This document shows positions 34,821 to 34,900 of a stretch of 34,900 nucleotides of DNA, in pieces. The translations under genes were made by a program, and so were the position numbers. Every line of letters starts with the position of its first letter. Within the stretch, counting starts at the first letter, position 1. This stretch comes from Catajapyx aquilonaris (taxonomy: Eukaryota): positions 1 through 34,900 of the forward strand of contig KZ539060.1 of NCBI GenBank assembly GCA_000934665.2, given 5' to 3'. The notes under the pieces were generated by a model, which was not told the origin of the DNA, did no database searches, and was given only the letters and a program-made list of their open reading frames with translations.

Positions 34821-34900
34821 CCCACTCAGTCATTGTGAATACATTTCAAGGAAAACTGTTATTTTTATGATTTGTACCAACAATAAATTAATGGGGATAA

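Overview
Repeat-rich animal (invertebrate) DNA with no intact host gene, rRNA, real tRNA or CRISPR array. The short introns and TTTCAG acceptors are nematode-like, which is an inference. Hand-translating the high-complexity islands between the repeats reveals a cluster of decayed, intron-containing DNA-transposase genes that the ORF track misses. There are two KDZ (Kyakuja-Dileera-Zisupton)-like transposases arranged head-to-head (+ ~25.0-32.85 kb; - ~16.0-22.96 kb, the latter followed by Ulp1/C48 protease-like motifs), plus the zinc-finger N-terminus of a third paralogue (- 1-3.4 kb). A MULE/SWIM transposase (- 5.5-11.2 kb) is preceded by THAP-like motifs and followed by a weak PTP-like exon. 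Introns of these genes are filled with related AACCGTT/TAACGG-rich modules, and different introns of one gene are homologous to each other. Layered on top are three tRNA-Gly-like SINEs, one Deu/Nin-domain SINE fragment, MITEs (piggyBac-, hAT-, Tc1/pogo- and Harbinger-type), solo LTRs and several minisatellites. Protein assignments rest on motifs read by eye across stops and frameshifts and need HMM confirmation.
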